Source: Verrucomicrobiota bacterium (GTDB lineage Bacteria; Verrucomicrobiota; Verrucomicrobiia; Opitutales; Seribacteraceae). Taken from it: a stretch of 60,973 bases of DNA. The position numbers and the translations under genes are program-made. The stretch's first letter is position 1, and each line of letters begins with the position of its first letter. Positions 59,475-60,973 of the stretch are shown here, piece by piece. The DNA is taken from assembly GCA_027622665.1 (NCBI GenBank), contig JAQBYT010000021.1, positions 1-60,973 on the forward strand. Reading direction: 5' to 3'. The notes under the pieces were generated by a model. That model saw nothing but the letters and a program-made list of their open reading frames with translations, was not told where the DNA came from and ran no database searches.

Positions 59475-60973
59475 ATGTTCAAGCTTAGCAAAGAATCTAA
59501 GATAACTTTCTACGCTTTAATGGTGGTGCCCTGTCTCTGGATTGCTCTCAATTCGTACGGCGTACTTGATGGTTGGAAGGTTTGGACCTTGGATCAACGC
59601 ATGACTTGGAACCCGTTTGGTCTCTTTCGCGGGGAAGTGTCGCATCGCGAGGCGTCTAATGCGGATGATCCCGTGAGAGTAGATGAGAATCAAACGGTTC
59701 CCCGAGTGCCTCAGGTCATGTATGTGAACTTCGATGCCAAGACTCTTGAGATGGAGGGTGTGGGCGAACGTCCGTGGGATAGGGCGTTTTTCCGTGACGT
59801 TGCTAAGGTTTTGCTGGAAAGGGGGAACGCTCGCGTTGTTGCCTTTGACTTCTTGTTCTCCCCCAAGAGCGCATCTCGTATGGTTCCCGAGGATAATGTC
59901 TACCGAAGTGACGGCGCTGTCGGTGAACTTGTGGCCGCATATCCAGACCGCGTTGTGTTGGGATCAGGGTACACTGGAGTTCAGACGATGCTAATGAAGG
60001 TTCCTGACGTCAGTGCTAATCCCCCAGTTTTCATCGAAGGTTTCGATGAGTCGATGATCGAAGGCAAGTATCCTTATCCTGAAGCTCCGACCTATCCGAT
60101 GCAGAACTTTGTGGATGGAGAGTACGTTGGCCGTATTGGTTCTATAACGGTCATTCCGTATCGTGCCGTCGACAATGTCCCTCGATGGGTGCCTTTGTGG
60201 TTCCCAGGCGGCGGAAAGGCGCACGCTTATAATGTGCTTGGAGGAAAGCGAAAAAAACTTGCCCTCGATTTACTCAAGGGTAGCTCCGCTGAAATCAGTG
60301 AAATCCAGACTTTTCTCGCTAATTTGAAAACAAAAAGGGAAGCGGTTCAACAAGATCTGGCATCTAGCGGTGGTTTATTGGCATCTCTGAGTGAAGGGAA
60401 AAACACACTCGAGCAGAAGATTTCAAAACTACAGGCGGAATTAGCCATGGCGCTTAAGGGGAATGCAGTCTCTGACTCGAATAATTCTAGGGTTCCTTCG
60501 GGGGAAGTGGAAAAGGTAGAGGCCAAGATTGGGGAACTGGACGAGGTTATTGGCAATTTCCGGACGACCTTGAAAGCGAATCCCGTACTTGCAGCAATTG
60601 TGGGACCGCAATTGAAAGCTCGAGAGGAGGAGCGGGCTGAATTGATTTCGCAGTTGGCGGAGTTGAATAAAGATACGCCCAAACCTTCTCCACAAGATCA
60701 ACCCGATCCGGTTGCTTTAGCAAAGCTAGAAGCCCAAATCAGCGAACTGGACGAGGTTATTGGCAATTTCCGGAAGACCTTAGAAGCGAATCCCGCACTT
60801 GCAGCAATTGTGGGACCGCAATTGAAAGCTCGAGAGGAGGAGCGGGCTGAATTGATTTCCCAGTTGGCGGAGTTGAATAAAGATACGCCCAAACCTTCTC
60901 CACGAGATCAACCCGATCCGGTTGCTTTAGCAAAGCTAGAAGCCCAAATCAGCGAACTGGACGAGGTTATTGG
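59475..60973 (+). CDS. CHASE2-domain membrane sensor (3' end outside window) with coiled-coil tandem-repeat insertion
   Basis: Missing from the ORF track because it has no stop; my translation is open from ATG 59475 to the end; TM helix, then VMYVNFDAKTL..GERPWDR..GNARVVAFDFLF CHASE2 signature. Confidence 0.85.
   Translation, partial: MFKLSKESKITFYALMVVPCLWIALNSYGVLDGWKVWTLDQRMTWNPFGLFRGEVSHREASNADDPVRVDENQTVPRVPQVMYVNFDAKTLEMEGVGERPWDRAFFRDVAKVLLERGNARVVAFDFLFSPKSASRMVPEDNVYRSDGAVGELVAAYPDRVVLGSGYTGVQTMLMKVPDVSANPPVFIEGFDESMIEGKYPYPEAPTYPMQNFVDGEYVGRIGSITVIPYRAVDNVPRWVPLWFPGGGKAHAYNVLGGKRKKLALDLLKGSSAEISEIQTFLANLKTKREAVQQDLASSGGLLASLSEGKNTLEQKISKLQAELAMALKGNAVSDSNNSRVPSGEVEKVEAKIGELDEVIGNFRTTLKANPVLAAIVGPQLKAREEERAELISQLAELNKDTPKPSPQDQPDPVALAKLEAQISELDEVIGNFRKTLEANPALAAIVGPQLKAREEERAELISQLAELNKDTPKPSPRDQPDPVALAKLEAQISELDEVI
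60534..60973 (+). repeat. 210-bp (70-codon) tandem repeat, two full copies plus the start of a third
   Basis: GAACTGGACGAGGTTATTGG begins at 60534, 60744 and 60954; 6 substitutions counted between copies 1 and 2. Confidence 0.97.

Noticed and set aside
60534..60973. 210-bp repeat as a CRISPR array, or the minus-strand ORFs 60347-60682 and 60698-60892 as genes
   Set aside because: No spacers and no cas genes; the unit is an exact 70 codons in frame with the CHASE2 ORF; the minus ORFs are its shadow

Overview
Bacterial chromosomal segment. Gene content and style (TGS-less ThrS, Bat operon, SHD1/LRR secreted proteins, sulfatase, FecR/barrel cluster) suggest a Verrucomicrobiota, probably Opitutales-like, genome; this is inference. 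The backbone is housekeeping: plsC-like and aas-like acyltransferases, nrnA-truB-ribF, fpg-like, menF-menD, yidD, thrS, metH, tRNA-Pro, korAB, tRNA-Leu, aroC, SRP RNA-dnaX, an M32 peptidase and a moxR-DUF58-bat operon. The best candidate for an undescribed system is a GC-rich operon at about 10.9-24.3 kb. It has two tandem ~2150-aa secreted paralogues with alpha-2-macroglobulin-like sequence features and paralogue-specific variable loops, followed 22 bp later by a decayed serpin gene, so it may be a protease-trap/inhibitor locus. Other notable items: (1) a CHASE2 sensor with a coiled-coil insert of near-identical 70-aa repeats running off the window end; (2) a secreted protein/outer-membrane barrel/FecR-like cluster; (3) a BatB-BatC-SdrD-like fusion; (4) an A10 slippage site in dnaX; (5) a palindromic operator in front of metH; (6) an Aas with an eroded synthetase domain. 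All family calls come from motif recognition by eye; no database searches were run.
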